DNA of 64,000 nt from NCBI GenBank assembly GCA_028707255.1, contig JAQTUQ010000002.1:8900-72899 (forward strand), read 5' to 3'. The position numbers were made by a program, and so were the translations under genes. Of the stretch, positions 1-10,080 are shown one piece after another. Source of the stretch: Dehalococcoidales bacterium. GTDB taxonomy: Bacteria > Chloroflexota > Dehalococcoidia > Dehalococcoidales > UBA5627. Below the pieces are notes generated by a model that was not told the DNA's origin, ran no database searches, and worked only from the letters and a program-made list of their open reading frames with translations. Numbering within the stretch: the stretch's first letter is position 1; every line of letters starts with the position of its first letter.

Positions 1-528
1 AAGGATGTCCTTTTCCGATTTTCGTGGAAGCAGTACGATTTCGGCATCCTCAGGCGGATAAACCTCGGCACCGCCCCAGAGCGGGAATATACTGAAGCGC
101 TTAAGGCGCAATTTCCCGGCCAGTATTTCCGCAAGATTGGGATATTCACCGGCAATGCGGGTAATATTCTTTCTTAATGTTAGCTTTTCAGGATCAGCCA
201 GCTCTCCCGGTAAAGCGGCGACATACAAAGCGCCGTCTCCGTATCCGAGGTCGGCAATTTTTATAACGGAACTGCTGGGATACTTAACCAGCAATTCCTC
301 CGTCCAGTCCAGTCCGCAGATACCGAGGTCATAATTGCCGACCGCTATCTGTATGGGAATATCTTTTTCCTGTAGAACTTTTATGTTAATATCGGGGAAC
401 TTGCCGGATTTTAAGCGGTAATAACGTAATTTATCATTGTATCCGTCTAATTCCCAGCCGGCTCTTTCAAGCAGAGTTGCGGTACTGTTTAATAATCGTC
501 CTTTTGGTAAGGCTATATTAAGCGACAT
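1..528 (-). CDS. hisG: ATP phosphoribosyltransferase catalytic subunit HisG (short form), N-terminal part; runs off the window start
   Basis: Minus-strand ATG at 528 translates as MSLNIALPKGRLLNSTATLLERAGW... and stays open to position 1. It overlaps the hisZ stop by 11 nt. It is absent from the ORF track because there is no stop codon in the window. Confidence 0.8.
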   Translation of the reverse strand, partial: MSLNIALPKGRLLNSTATLLERAGWELDGYNDKLRYYRLKSGKFPDINIKVLQEKDIPIQIAVGNYDLGICGLDWTEELLVKYPSSSVIKIADLGYGDGALYVAALPGELADPEKLTLRKNITRIAGEYPNLAEILAGKLRLKRFSIFPLWGGAEVYPPEDAEIVLLPRKSEKDIL

Positions 529-1762
529 CTTCTGTACATCCCAACAGTTTTAAAATATCACAGGCATCATCCGTCTTCGTTGTCTCTCCTCCGGCAATGT
601 TGGTTAAGGCAAATTTAAGGCCTTTGCTGACAACTTCAAGTTTCCATCCGTAATCTGTTTCCTGTTTATCTTCAAGTTGCATAACGACTATATATCCAAA
701 GTCACGCAGGATTTCTGCCAGATTAAAGCCTTCTTCCATGGCGTCAGTTTCAATCCTAACAAGGATTTTATTAGAATCCAGTTCCGCCAGCGATTCAGGT
801 TCGATCAGTTTCATCAGTTGGTCCATATAGATAGCAAAACCGGCTGCAGGTGTTGCTTGTCCGCCCATCTGAGGGATAAGAGCATCATATCTGCCGCCGC
901 CGCCGATTACATTCTGCCCGATTAATAAATGGAATATTAAACCGGTGTAATATTCAAAGCCCTTGCCTGAGGCAAGGTCTATCCTGTAATCAACCCCCAG
1001 CTTTTCCAGTTTTTCCACAATGCAGATGAAGTTATCGAGTGGTTCGGATATATTAGCTAATCTCTTCGAGGATAATGCCTTGACATTCTTCAGAAACCCG
1101 GAGGTTTTTCCTTTAAGCCCGAGGAGAAGATTCAAAGCCTCGACAGTCTCGGGTTTATCCATTTTAACGATATCCAGTGCTGCGGAATCACCTTCGAGTA
1201 TGCGCGAGAAGATATTGTTCTTTTCTTCCGAACTTAATTCAAGGCTGTCCAATAACGCTTTTATTAAACCGGCATGAGATAGTTTTATCCTGATATCGGA
1301 AAGCCCGAGTTGTCTGAGTACATCGAGAGACAAAGATAAAAGCTCGATATCGGAAAGAGCGCTGTTAACACCGATAAGCTCCACGCCGCATTGCCACTTT
1401 TCTCTGGACTTCTTTCCTGTTTCTTCAAACATAAATAAATTGGTTACGTAGAAAAGGCGGGCGAGTCCGCTTTTATTGTTACTAATATAAAATCTTGCCG
1501 TTGGTATTGTGCCGTCCGGTTTTAATACAACCCTCTCCCCACTCCAGCCGTCCCAATCGAGAAATGAATAGACCTTGCCGAGCATATTCGGGGTTAAAGT
1601 ACCCGCGGAAGTGAAGAGATAGAGATATTCCAGTGTCGGAGTGCGTATTTCATCATAACCCCAGCCGAGGCAACAATCACGGAAAGTATCCTCAACATAA
1701 CGAAAAGCCCGCATATCATCGGGCGTAAGGTCGGTAAAACCCTTGCATTTTTCTGCTTTCAT
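518..1762 (-). CDS. hisZ: ATP phosphoribosyltransferase regulatory subunit HisZ (HisRS paralogue)
   Basis: 414-aa ORF with a class-II HisRS-like core (GWGYDEIRTPTLEYLYLF, GGGRYD). It lies immediately upstream of and overlaps hisG. Confidence 0.85.
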   Translation of the reverse strand: MKAEKCKGFTDLTPDDMRAFRYVEDTFRDCCLGWGYDEIRTPTLEYLYLFTSAGTLTPNMLGKVYSFLDWDGWSGERVVLKPDGTIPTARFYISNNKSGLARLFYVTNLFMFEETGKKSREKWQCGVELIGVNSALSDIELLSLSLDVLRQLGLSDIRIKLSHAGLIKALLDSLELSSEEKNNIFSRILEGDSAALDIVKMDKPETVEALNLLLGLKGKTSGFLKNVKALSSKRLANISEPLDNFICIVEKLEKLGVDYRIDLASGKGFEYYTGLIFHLLIGQNVIGGGGRYDALIPQMGGQATPAAGFAIYMDQLMKLIEPESLAELDSNKILVRIETDAMEEGFNLAEILRDFGYIVVMQLEDKQETDYGWKLEVVSKGLKFALTNIAGGETTKTDDACDILKLLGCTEDVA

Positions 1763-1935
1763 AATATATTTGTCCTTAATTTATAGTGTGTAAATTCTAC
1801 AATAAAAATCGCTGTATATACAAATTTATCAACATTAAACAGGTTGCAGATATTCGGTAATCGGTTTATACTCTAGGCGTATTTGATTTTACCCGCCCTT
1901 TTAAAAAATTTGCAAAAGGAGGGATTGAATTATAA

Positions 1936-2235
1936 GTGGATATATGGCTTATTATAATAGTTGTAATCGTTTCCGTATTTATACTCGCATTTGTTATTGA
2001 CCGTGTTGTTATTGCTCATAAGAGACGGATTTCTACTGGAAGAGAAGATTTAATCGGGAAATCGGTCGTCGTTAAAAAAGTATTAAATCCCGAAGGCACG
2101 GTATTTTTAGAGGGAGAAATTTGGCTTGCCCGAATCGACAGCGGTATCGCCGAACCCGGAGAATACGTTATAATTAGAAGATCGGATGGTCTTAAGCTAT
2201 ACGTTTCAAAAATTAATAAAGAAGGAGGTAACTAA
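1936..2235 (+). CDS. NfeD-family membrane protein (short form)
   Basis: 99 aa with an N-terminal TM helix and a C-terminal OB-like segment ([15 protein letters not shown]). GTG start. The stop overlaps the start of the SPFH gene (TAATG), the classic NfeD-SPFH pair. Confidence 0.7.
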   Translation: MDIWLIIIVVIVSVFILAFVIDRVVIAHKRRISTGREDLIGKSVVVKKVLNPEGTVFLEGEIWLARIDSGIAEPGEYVIIRRSDGLKLYVSKINKEGGN

Positions 2236-2987
2236 TGGATCTTTACGCTATTATCATAATAATCGTTGCGGTATTATTAATCCTCTCACTATCGGTGAGA
2301 GTAGTATCCGAATATGAAAGGGGTGTCATCTTCAGGCTGGGCAGGCTTATCGGAGCGAAAGGCCCCGGTTTATTCTTTATCATTCCCCTCGTTGATCGTA
2401 TGGTAAAAGTGGATTTGCGTGTCGTAACCATGGATGTGCCTTCGCAGGAAGTTATCACCAAGGATAATGTTACGGTAAGAGTCAATGCAGTAATATATTT
2501 CCGTGTAGTTGACCCAGAAGCGTCAGTTGTTAAAGTTCTCGACCATATCAGGGCTACATCGCAGATATCTCAAACAACTCTAAGAAATGTCCTGGGACAG
2601 TCCGAGCTCGATGAATTACTGGCTAACAGGGAAAAGCTTAACCAGACACTTCAAGCAATAATCGATGAACATACCGATCCATGGGGAATAAAAGTCAGCA
2701 CGGTAGAAATAAAAGAAGTGGAACTTCCCGAATCGATGAGAAGGTCTATGGCGGCACAGGCTGAAGCCGAGAGAGAGCGACGTGCCAAGATAATCCATGC
2801 CGAAGGTGAATTTCAGGCTTCCGAAAAGCTGGCGGAAGCAGCGGTTATTATTGCCAGAGAACCGGTAACCCTGCAGTTGCGTTATCTTCAAACATTAACT
2901 GAAATCGCTTCAGAGAAAAACAGCACGCTGATTTTCCCGATACCTATCGACCTGATATCGATGTTTATGAAAAAAGAAGACAAATAA
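2235..2987 (+). CDS. SPFH/band-7 (stomatin/slipin-like) membrane protein
   Basis: 250 aa with an N-terminal TM helix, an SPFH core ([11 protein letters not shown]...) and a coiled [17 protein letters not shown] segment. Confidence 0.9.
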   Translation: MDLYAIIIIIVAVLLILSLSVRVVSEYERGVIFRLGRLIGAKGPGLFFIIPLVDRMVKVDLRVVTMDVPSQEVITKDNVTVRVNAVIYFRVVDPEASVVKVLDHIRATSQISQTTLRNVLGQSELDELLANREKLNQTLQAIIDEHTDPWGIKVSTVEIKEVELPESMRRSMAAQAEAERERRAKIIHAEGEFQASEKLAEAAVIIAREPVTLQLRYLQTLTEIASEKNSTLIFPIPIDLISMFMKKEDK

Positions 2988-3020
2988 AAACAGCGGTGTT
3001 ATTTAAAGGGGGGTGTTATC

Positions 3021-3806
3021 TTATTTAAGCAAGGTAACATCCCCTGCTGTAAAGTTTATTATTTCCCCATTCGATGTTTTGAGTATCAAACTTCCGTCTT
3101 CAGCCACTGTATCCACAATCCCTTCATAGACAATGCTACCCGATTTGGCTGACACTTTTTTACCGATGGTATCCATATTGTCGCGCCATTCCCTGTACAC
3201 TATATCTTTATCCCGCGCCGACAAATACAGTTTTTCGAATTCAACCAACAGAGTGCGAATGATATCGAGCCGTGAAACATATTTCCCTTTTTCGTCTGAT
3301 AGAGTTGTAGCTATTTCTGCTATTTCAGGATAGTCTTTGACATTAAAATCCACATTCAATCCGATGCCGATTACCGCATAGCCGACATTGATATGTTGTA
3401 TCGTTCCCTCGATTAGAATCCCGGCGACTTTTTTACCGTTTATAAGAATATCGTTAGGCCATTTGATAACGGCTTTCAACCCGGTTATCTTTTTTATTGC
3501 ATGCATTATGGCAACGGAAGCTACCATTATAAGTGACGGCAAATGTTTTATATCGGGATACAGAATGATGGAAAGAGTGACGCATCCCTTCGGAGAAATC
3601 CAGATTCTGTCAAGACGACCTTTTCCCGACATCTGCTCTTCTGCAACGATTACCGTACCTTCAGGCACTCCGTTTGATGCAGCAATTTTTGCAATCTCCA
3701 TCGTCGAAGCAAGCTGTGGATATACAACAACTCTTTTACCTATAAAACGCGTCCCGAGCTTATTTGAAATGTTATTGACAGATAATATATCTTTTTCCGT
3801 CGGCAT
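3021..3806 (-). CDS. birA: Biotin--[acetyl-CoA-carboxylase] ligase, group I (no HTH domain)
   Basis: 261 aa with a BPL catalytic core (SGKGRLDRIWISPKG, KWPNDIL) and a C-terminal SH3-like tail. Confidence 0.85.
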   Translation of the reverse strand: MPTEKDILSVNNISNKLGTRFIGKRVVVYPQLASTMEIAKIAASNGVPEGTVIVAEEQMSGKGRLDRIWISPKGCVTLSIILYPDIKHLPSLIMVASVAIMHAIKKITGLKAVIKWPNDILINGKKVAGILIEGTIQHINVGYAVIGIGLNVDFNVKDYPEIAEIATTLSDEKGKYVSRLDIIRTLLVEFEKLYLSARDKDIVYREWRDNMDTIGKKVSAKSGSIVYEGIVDTVAEDGSLILKTSNGEIINFTAGDVTLLK

Positions 3807-3831
3807 TATTCTTACCCCGATAATTATATTC

Positions 3832-4884
3832 TTATATCATCTTCTCTAATCTATCCGGATGGCTGCTTTTTAATAAAGCCTCTTCTCTTGTTGTTAAGCC
3901 GTGTTTTACCAGATTAGTCAAGCTTTGATCAAGTGTTTGCATTCCAATTGAATTATTTAATTGCATAATACTGGTAAGTTCATATGTTTTGCCTTCGCGA
4001 ATCAGGTTTCTGACAGCCGGATTTGCCAGCAGTATTTCAAAAGCGGCTACTCTTCCTTTTGTATGAACTTTTGGAAGCAGTGTTTGGGATAGTATAGCTA
4101 CCAGTACCTGAGAGAATTGCAATCTGATCTGAGGTTGCTGTTCGGATGGGTACATATCTATAATACGGTCCACCGTTTGTGAAGCATCAATAGTATGCAA
4201 GGTTCCCATGACGAGATGTCCCGTTTCCGCTGCCCTTAAAGCAGTTGTTACCGTCGCCAGATCTCTCATTTCGCCAACCACTATTACATCGGGGTCATGC
4301 CTGAGAGCGTGAATCAATGCAATATCGAACGACAGGGTATCGTCACCGAGGTCTCGTTGGGCGATCAGGCATTTTTTATTGGAATATAGATATTCTATCG
4401 GATCTTCAATAGTAATTACATTTCTTCTCAGGGTATTATTCAAATGGTCGACCATAGCTGCCATGGTGGTCGATTTACCGCTTCCGGTTGGACCCGTAAC
4501 CAGAATAAGCCCCCTCGGTTTTTGTATAAGTTCCTTGCATAATTGAGGCAACTTTAACTCATCGACTGTATATACCTTAAATGGCACCAGTCTGAAAGCC
4601 ATACTTATAGTGCCTCTTTGTCTCAGTATACTGACCCTAAACCGCGCCAATCCTTTGATACTATAAGCAAAATCAAGTTCTTTTGTTTTATAAAATACCT
4701 CTCTTTGTTCAGGGGATGTTATCTGTTCGAAGATGTTATTGACATCATCAATAGTCAATGGAGGATATTCATCCTGGGTAATTAAATCCCCATCGATGCG
4801 GAAAACAGGGGATGTAAATACCCGTATATGCGTATCCGAAGCTTCTTTCTTTACCATTGATTCCAGAAGAATTTCTATATCCAT
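3832..4884 (-). CDS. pilT: Type IV pilus retraction ATPase PilT-like
   Basis: 350 aa with Walker A GPTGSGKST, a Walker B/Asp box (IVVGEMRD) and a His box (TGHLVMGTLHT). Confidence 0.9.
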   Translation of the reverse strand: MDIEILLESMVKKEASDTHIRVFTSPVFRIDGDLITQDEYPPLTIDDVNNIFEQITSPEQREVFYKTKELDFAYSIKGLARFRVSILRQRGTISMAFRLVPFKVYTVDELKLPQLCKELIQKPRGLILVTGPTGSGKSTTMAAMVDHLNNTLRRNVITIEDPIEYLYSNKKCLIAQRDLGDDTLSFDIALIHALRHDPDVIVVGEMRDLATVTTALRAAETGHLVMGTLHTIDASQTVDRIIDMYPSEQQPQIRLQFSQVLVAILSQTLLPKVHTKGRVAAFEILLANPAVRNLIREGKTYELTSIMQLNNSIGMQTLDQSLTNLVKHGLTTREEALLKSSHPDRLEKMI

Positions 4885-5275
4885 TGGTCATCTCCAATTA
4901 ACAATAGCGTTTATGTTATATAATTTCCGGTTAATAACCATTCTTAATGATTATGATACCATAACAGTAATATTATTCAATAATAAAATAAATATATTTT
5001 AAATTAATAAAGGTAAGTCTCTATCCTGTTAACTGTTTCCGTGCTTTCTCGCGAGCGGAAAGAATAGCCGATTTTGACTATTTGGTGCATTATCCATTCC
5101 TGTCATAAAATTACTTGATTAACGGAAAGGAAAAAGGTCATTGTTTCCGCTGGATTGCCAAAATATGTTGCGGACTCTTACAATATCTTGACAATTCTCT
5201 TTGTATAATAATAATATTACTGCATAGGTATAACGAATATAAACCCGACTATTTCGAGTTTGAATAAGAGGCAGT

Positions 5276-7678
5276 ATGATTACAAAGGCTAAATCAGTCT
5301 TGCAAATCCCCCTTATTATTTTATTAGCTCTTTTGATGTTTTTCTCTGCGACTTCATCTTCATCCGTGTCGGCTGCTACAGGCATTACTCTCTCTACTTA
5401 TACAGGTTCACCGGGAGATTCCGTCTCAATATCTGGGACTTTTGATACAGTTGCCAGTGGAGCGGCTATAATTACTTTTAACGATATGTACATTGGATTA
5501 GTTACCATCAGTTCCGGTTCTTTTAACTCGACTTTTCAGGTTCCGGTGCTGCCGCGCGGTAAATATGCTGTAAATGTCTCCGTGGAAGGTAGTTCTATTA
5601 GTCTTTCGGAAGAGTTTACCATTAAACCAGCTATTGATATTGATAAGAATACAGTAAAGGTAGGAGAACAAATAACGATAACAGGGAGCGGATTCAGCTC
5701 CGGTAACGTTTCCATCTACATGGATAACGGTTCTACTCCGCTTGTAATAACCACTGCCGATGTATCAGGCGTGCTTAATCCGGTTACGATAACAGTTCCG
5801 GCAGCCAATAAAGCAACTCATATACTTAAAGCCATAGATATTATCGGAACCGCCGGTGCGGTTTTTACTACATTTAATATTATTCCTTCAATTAACTTGT
5901 CCGATGAGATAAGCGGCGCCGGCGCACAAATAACTATAACAGGAAACGGTTTTACCAGTTCATCTATGATTACGATTAGTTTAAATTCAGTAGTCGTGCC
6001 GACATCATCGATTGTTACCGATATTAACGGAACTTTTATAGCGAATATCACATTGTCATTAACTATTGTTAAAGGAAATTACACCGTAATGGCTGCCGAT
6101 ACTACGGGAAATGTAGCGGTAACAAATCTGACAATCTGCCAGAGCATATCCATCAGCCGGGAAGCCGGTATTGTAAATGATGTCATTACCGTTAACGGAG
6201 CGAGCTTTGACTCAAATAAATCGGTGTCGATATATTTTAATAATACTGCATTGGCTTATGCACAAACCGATGCTTACGGAGCATTTTCCTCCAGCCTGTC
6301 CGTTCCGGTGGTCGCTCAGGGGGAATATGCAATTAAAGCCATCGATTCAAATAACAACGAGGCTATTGAATTATTTACTGTTGAGCCTCATATAACGATA
6401 ACACCTGTTGCGGATAAAGTCGGAACCCAAATCAGTATCAGTGGATATGGCTTTGCTGCCTCATCTGATATAACTGTATTTTTTGATAGTGCAAACGCAG
6501 GAGTCATTAAGACGAGTGTCAATGGTACTTTTGATATCGATGTCGTTATACCTCCCACCCCTTGCGGCGAACATCTTATAAAAGCCATAGACGAGCAAAA
6601 TAATCAGAGTTCTACTCCTTTTACTACTGTTTCCGATATTTCGCTGGATTATAATACGGGCATTTATGGTGATACGGTTATTATCTCGGGTACCGGTTTT
6701 GCCGCCGGCAGCTCATTTAGTAATATGATTACTTTTACCATTGGTACTACTGCGCTTAATATGAATGAGGGAAATATTTTTACGGATATCTACGGTAGTT
6801 TTACCGCCAGTTTTAACATCCCTGAGACAGTAAATGGAATCCATATTATCAAGGCAACGGATACTTTCGGTAATACCGACAATACTTCTGTAACAATCGA
6901 ACCCAGTATTATATCCAGCATTTCAACGGGCGTCGCCGGCGACGAAGTGCAAATATCGGGTTACGGTTTTGCACCCAATAAAAAATTAGATATTAAATAT
7001 AACAATGTTATTATCAACACTACATTGGGTACCGTAACGACAAGTGTTACCGGCAGCTTCATAGCCTCATTTATACTTCCTGATATAAGTGCCGGCACTT
7101 ATGTCATAGAAGCCGGTGACGGAAACAATACCGCTTTAATCGATTTTATTCTGGTATATGAAACAATTCCCCCTCCCGAGGTAGCCCTTATTTCTCCCAT
7201 AGACGGTGGTAAGATTACACAGCCCGTTTTATTCAGCTGGAGTGCTTCCAGTGATCCCAGCGGTGTTTTTTATAGACTACAGGTTGGAACCGATGCTACT
7301 TTCAGCACATTATTGGTTGATGTCAGTGACCTTACTGCAACAACATATACCATGAACGCAGAAAATAAACTGGATTCGGTCAATGCGAAGAGCCCATATC
7401 ACTGGAGAGTAATGGCTATTGACGGAGTGGGCAACACAAGCGGCTGGACGGCTGACACCTTTGTCGTCGGTTTCGTCTGGCCTGTCTGGTTGACATATGT
7501 TCTAGCGGGAATTGCCGGGCTGGTATTTCTTATTGTTATAGGTTTTTGGCTGGGGCGCAGAATAGCGATGCTTCGTAACGATAGTTCTTACAATTATAAT
7601 TTGGATACCGACCTCGAATATCGCTACAGGGATCAATATCCCGATGCCAGTTTAGACCATACTGATAAGTCTAAATAA
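5276..7678 (+). CDS. Large secreted, C-terminally membrane-anchored surface protein with about 8 Ig-like (IPT/TIG-type) repeats plus an FN3-like domain; candidate S-layer/cell-surface glycoprotein
   Basis: Signal peptide ending VSAATG. Modules of about 85-90 aa repeat, each containing I(T/S)I(T/S)G(S/N/Y/T)GF. The C-terminus has an FN3-like segment (YHWRVMAIDGVGNTSGW), one TM helix (VWLTYVLAGIAGLVFLIVIGFWLG) and a short charged tail. Confidence 0.65.
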   Translation: MITKAKSVLQIPLIILLALLMFFSATSSSSVSAATGITLSTYTGSPGDSVSISGTFDTVASGAAIITFNDMYIGLVTISSGSFNSTFQVPVLPRGKYAVNVSVEGSSISLSEEFTIKPAIDIDKNTVKVGEQITITGSGFSSGNVSIYMDNGSTPLVITTADVSGVLNPVTITVPAANKATHILKAIDIIGTAGAVFTTFNIIPSINLSDEISGAGAQITITGNGFTSSSMITISLNSVVVPTSSIVTDINGTFIANITLSLTIVKGNYTVMAADTTGNVAVTNLTICQSISISREAGIVNDVITVNGASFDSNKSVSIYFNNTALAYAQTDAYGAFSSSLSVPVVAQGEYAIKAIDSNNNEAIELFTVEPHITITPVADKVGTQISISGYGFAASSDITVFFDSANAGVIKTSVNGTFDIDVVIPPTPCGEHLIKAIDEQNNQSSTPFTTVSDISLDYNTGIYGDTVIISGTGFAAGSSFSNMITFTIGTTALNMNEGNIFTDIYGSFTASFNIPETVNGIHIIKATDTFGNTDNTSVTIEPSIISSISTGVAGDEVQISGYGFAPNKKLDIKYNNVIINTTLGTVTTSVTGSFIASFILPDISAGTYVIEAGDGNNTALIDFILVYETIPPPEVALISPIDGGKITQPVLFSWSASSDPSGVFYRLQVGTDATFSTLLVDVSDLTATTYTMNAENKLDSVNAKSPYHWRVMAIDGVGNTSGWTADTFVVGFVWPVWLTYVLAGIAGLVFLIVIGFWLGRRIAMLRNDSSYNYNLDTDLEYRYRDQYPDASLDHTDKSK

Positions 7679-7697
7679 AAAAGACGATTAATTTTCT

Positions 7698-7738
7698 ATA
7701 ATTCTTTAATTTGTTAAATTAAAGAATTATATATTTTT
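7698..7738 (+). terminator. Rho-independent terminator after the surface-protein gene
   Basis: Perfect 15-bp stem (7698-7712 ATAATTCTTTAATTT pairs with 7716-7730 AAATTAAAGAATTAT) with a 3-nt loop, followed by ATATTTTT. Confidence 0.7.
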
Positions 7739-7847
7739 CGGATTTAAATACAATAAAATTGCATTAATCTTAATTTTTACTTTATAATTGTTGCCGTTAA
7801 TTAACAATTTCGGAATTTAAAAAATAACATTTTTATTAAGGAGGTCT

Positions 7848-9989
7848 ATGCCAGGTATTTTTTGGATCGTACCAATCGTTTGTCTCATAACGGTAATTTT
7901 TACCATATATCTCGCCCGAGATGTTTTAAGTAAAGATACCGGTACCCCGAAAATGAAGGAAATCGGGGACATGATTTTTGAGGGAGCTTGGGCTTTTCTC
8001 AAGCGTCAATACAGAACAATAGGGATTATTTCCATTATTGTCGCTGTTATAATCGGTGTATTAGTCGGTTTACTCGGCGGACAAAATGGAATTGAAGGGA
8101 TGACAATGGTAGGCATCATGTGGCGTACCGGCGTCGCTTTCCTTGTTGGTGCATTATGCAGCGGCATTTCAGGTTTTATGGGGATGTATGTTGCTGTAAA
8201 ATCCAATGTTCGCTGTGCTTCAGCCGCTCAAAGAAGCTGGCGTGAAGCCATAAATGTTGCCCTGCGCGGCGGAGCTGTATCCGGTTTTCTCATTACTGTA
8301 TTAAGCCTTATCGGTGTTACCGCAATTTTCTTTGCTTTCGGTGGAGCAACCAATCCCGGAATCGCGCCTCATCTGATTGTCGGCTTCGGTTTCGGAGCAA
8401 GTTTTGTTGCCCTTTTTGCCCAACTCGGTGGTGGTATTTATACCAAAGCAGCCGATATGGGCGCCGACCTGTGTGGTAAAGTGGAATGCGGTATCCCCGA
8501 AGATGACCCGCGCAACGCAGCTGTAATTGCCGACCTGGTCGGCGACAATGTGGGCGATTGCGCCGGCCGTGGTGCCGACCTTTTCGAATCAACTGCCGCT
8601 GAAAATATCGGCGCTATGATACTTGGTGTTGCAGTATATGCGCTCACTGGTGATATAGCATGGATTCTTTTCCCGCTGGTTGTTCGTGCTTTTGGTCTTA
8701 TTGCAAGCATGGTGGGAATCATGTGGGTTCGTGCCAAAGAAGAAGAAAACCCGATGGCGGCACTCAACCGTGGTTACTGGGTCGCCATTATACTTTCTGC
8801 CGCAGGTATGTTTATTACATGTATTACAATGCTGGGAGACAATAGCCTATGGTTATTCGGCGCCGGTCTTGTAGGCATATTGGCTAGTGTTATCATGGTT
8901 TATGTTACTCAATACTATACCGATACAAAGTATGAACCTGTTAAAAGTATAGCCCGCGCATCGCTTACCGGTCCTGCCACCAATATTGTTGCCGGTACCG
9001 CTGTCGGTTTTGCCACTACCCTGCCGACTGCACTGGTTATCGGTATTTCATTACTTGTTTCATACTGGTTCGGAGAACAGAGCGGTGTAATCGGCGCCGG
9101 CGCTTTCGGTACAGCTGTGGCTACAATGGGTATGTTGATGACATGTCCGTATATCCTTGCCATGGATACCTTCGGCCCGATTACCGATAATGCCAACGGT
9201 GTCAACCAGATGGCCGGAGCCGGTGAAAAGATTCGCCGTGTTACCGATCGTCTCGATGCTGTCGGCAATACCACTAAAGCGCTTACCAAGGGTTATGCCA
9301 TGGTTTCTGCCGGTCTGGCCGCCTTCCTGCTCTTCCAGGCTTATCTGGACAGAGTGTCTTTCCTAAAACACGGGGAAGAAGGCATGTTTAACGTAGTTGA
9401 TATCGCTAGAATTGAAGTTTTCGTTGCCGCATTACTTGCCGTTATGCTGGTTTTCCTCTTTAGTTCCTGGGCTATCAATGCCGTCGGTAAAACAGCAAGC
9501 AAAATTATCGAGGAAGTACGCCGCCAGTTCCGTGAGAATCCCGGAATAATGAAGGGCACAGTACGTCCAGATTATGCTCGCGCTGTCGACATTACAGCAC
9601 GCGCAGGACTTCGCGAGATGATTAAGCCGGGTTTGCTGGTTGTACTGGCTCCGATAGTAGTCGGTGTTATAATGAATATGGTACCCGGATATGATGCCGC
9701 GATGGCAGTTGCCGCATTCTTGATGGTAGGCACTATCGGCGGTATTATGATGGCAGCTTATATGAATAACGCCGGCGGTTCATGGGATAACGCCAAGAAA
9801 TATATCGAAGACGGACAGCTTAAAGATGCTAACGGGGAAGTTGTCGCCAAACATACTATGGGGCATGATGCCGCAGTGGTCGGTGATACCGTAGGCGACC
9901 CGTTAAAAGATACGGCCGGCCCTTCACTGCATGTTCTGGTCAAGCTGCTTGCCACCATAACGCTTGTTATGGCTCCGTTATTCGTTTAG
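7848..9989 (+). CDS. hppA: Membrane-bound proton-translocating pyrophosphatase (K+-independent type predicted)
   Basis: 713 aa and polytopic. Contains the conserved motifs DNVGDCAGRGADLFES, GNTTKALTKGYA and DTVGDPLKDTAGPSL. TAG stop. Confidence 0.95.
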   Translation: MPGIFWIVPIVCLITVIFTIYLARDVLSKDTGTPKMKEIGDMIFEGAWAFLKRQYRTIGIISIIVAVIIGVLVGLLGGQNGIEGMTMVGIMWRTGVAFLVGALCSGISGFMGMYVAVKSNVRCASAAQRSWREAINVALRGGAVSGFLITVLSLIGVTAIFFAFGGATNPGIAPHLIVGFGFGASFVALFAQLGGGIYTKAADMGADLCGKVECGIPEDDPRNAAVIADLVGDNVGDCAGRGADLFESTAAENIGAMILGVAVYALTGDIAWILFPLVVRAFGLIASMVGIMWVRAKEEENPMAALNRGYWVAIILSAAGMFITCITMLGDNSLWLFGAGLVGILASVIMVYVTQYYTDTKYEPVKSIARASLTGPATNIVAGTAVGFATTLPTALVIGISLLVSYWFGEQSGVIGAGAFGTAVATMGMLMTCPYILAMDTFGPITDNANGVNQMAGAGEKIRRVTDRLDAVGNTTKALTKGYAMVSAGLAAFLLFQAYLDRVSFLKHGEEGMFNVVDIARIEVFVAALLAVMLVFLFSSWAINAVGKTASKIIEEVRRQFRENPGIMKGTVRPDYARAVDITARAGLREMIKPGLLVVLAPIVVGVIMNMVPGYDAAMAVAAFLMVGTIGGIMMAAYMNNAGGSWDNAKKYIEDGQLKDANGEVVAKHTMGHDAAVVGDTVGDPLKDTAGPSLHVLVKLLATITLVMAPLFV

Positions 9990-10020
9990 TATTGACCTGG
10001 TAATCCATAAAAGTTAATAT

Positions 10021-10068
10021 ACAGGGAGTGACTTAATAAAAGACAGAGTTACTCCCTGTATTCATTTC
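10021..10068 (+). terminator. Rho-independent terminator after hppA
   Basis: ACAGGGAGTGAC ... GTTACTCCCTGT forms a 12-bp stem with one G-U pair, followed by a T-rich ATTCATTT. The accC RBS GGAGGTGGAG follows. Confidence 0.6.
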
Positions 10069-10080
10069 GGAGGTGGAGAC

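Noticed and set aside
1936-2987. NfeD-SPFH pair as something unusual.
   Set aside because: This is the standard, widely conserved two-gene operon, with normal composition.
4885-5275. c-di-GMP or another riboswitch in the 390-bp region upstream of the surface-protein gene.
   Set aside because: Only small generic hairpins (TTTCCG/CGGAAA stems) are visible. I could not match any riboswitch consensus from memory. An Rfam scan would be needed.
5119-5385. 88-aa minus-strand ORF overlapping the start of the surface-protein gene.
   Set aside because: It overlaps the signal-peptide-encoding region and the promoter of a clearly real gene. It has no RBS and no recognisable features.
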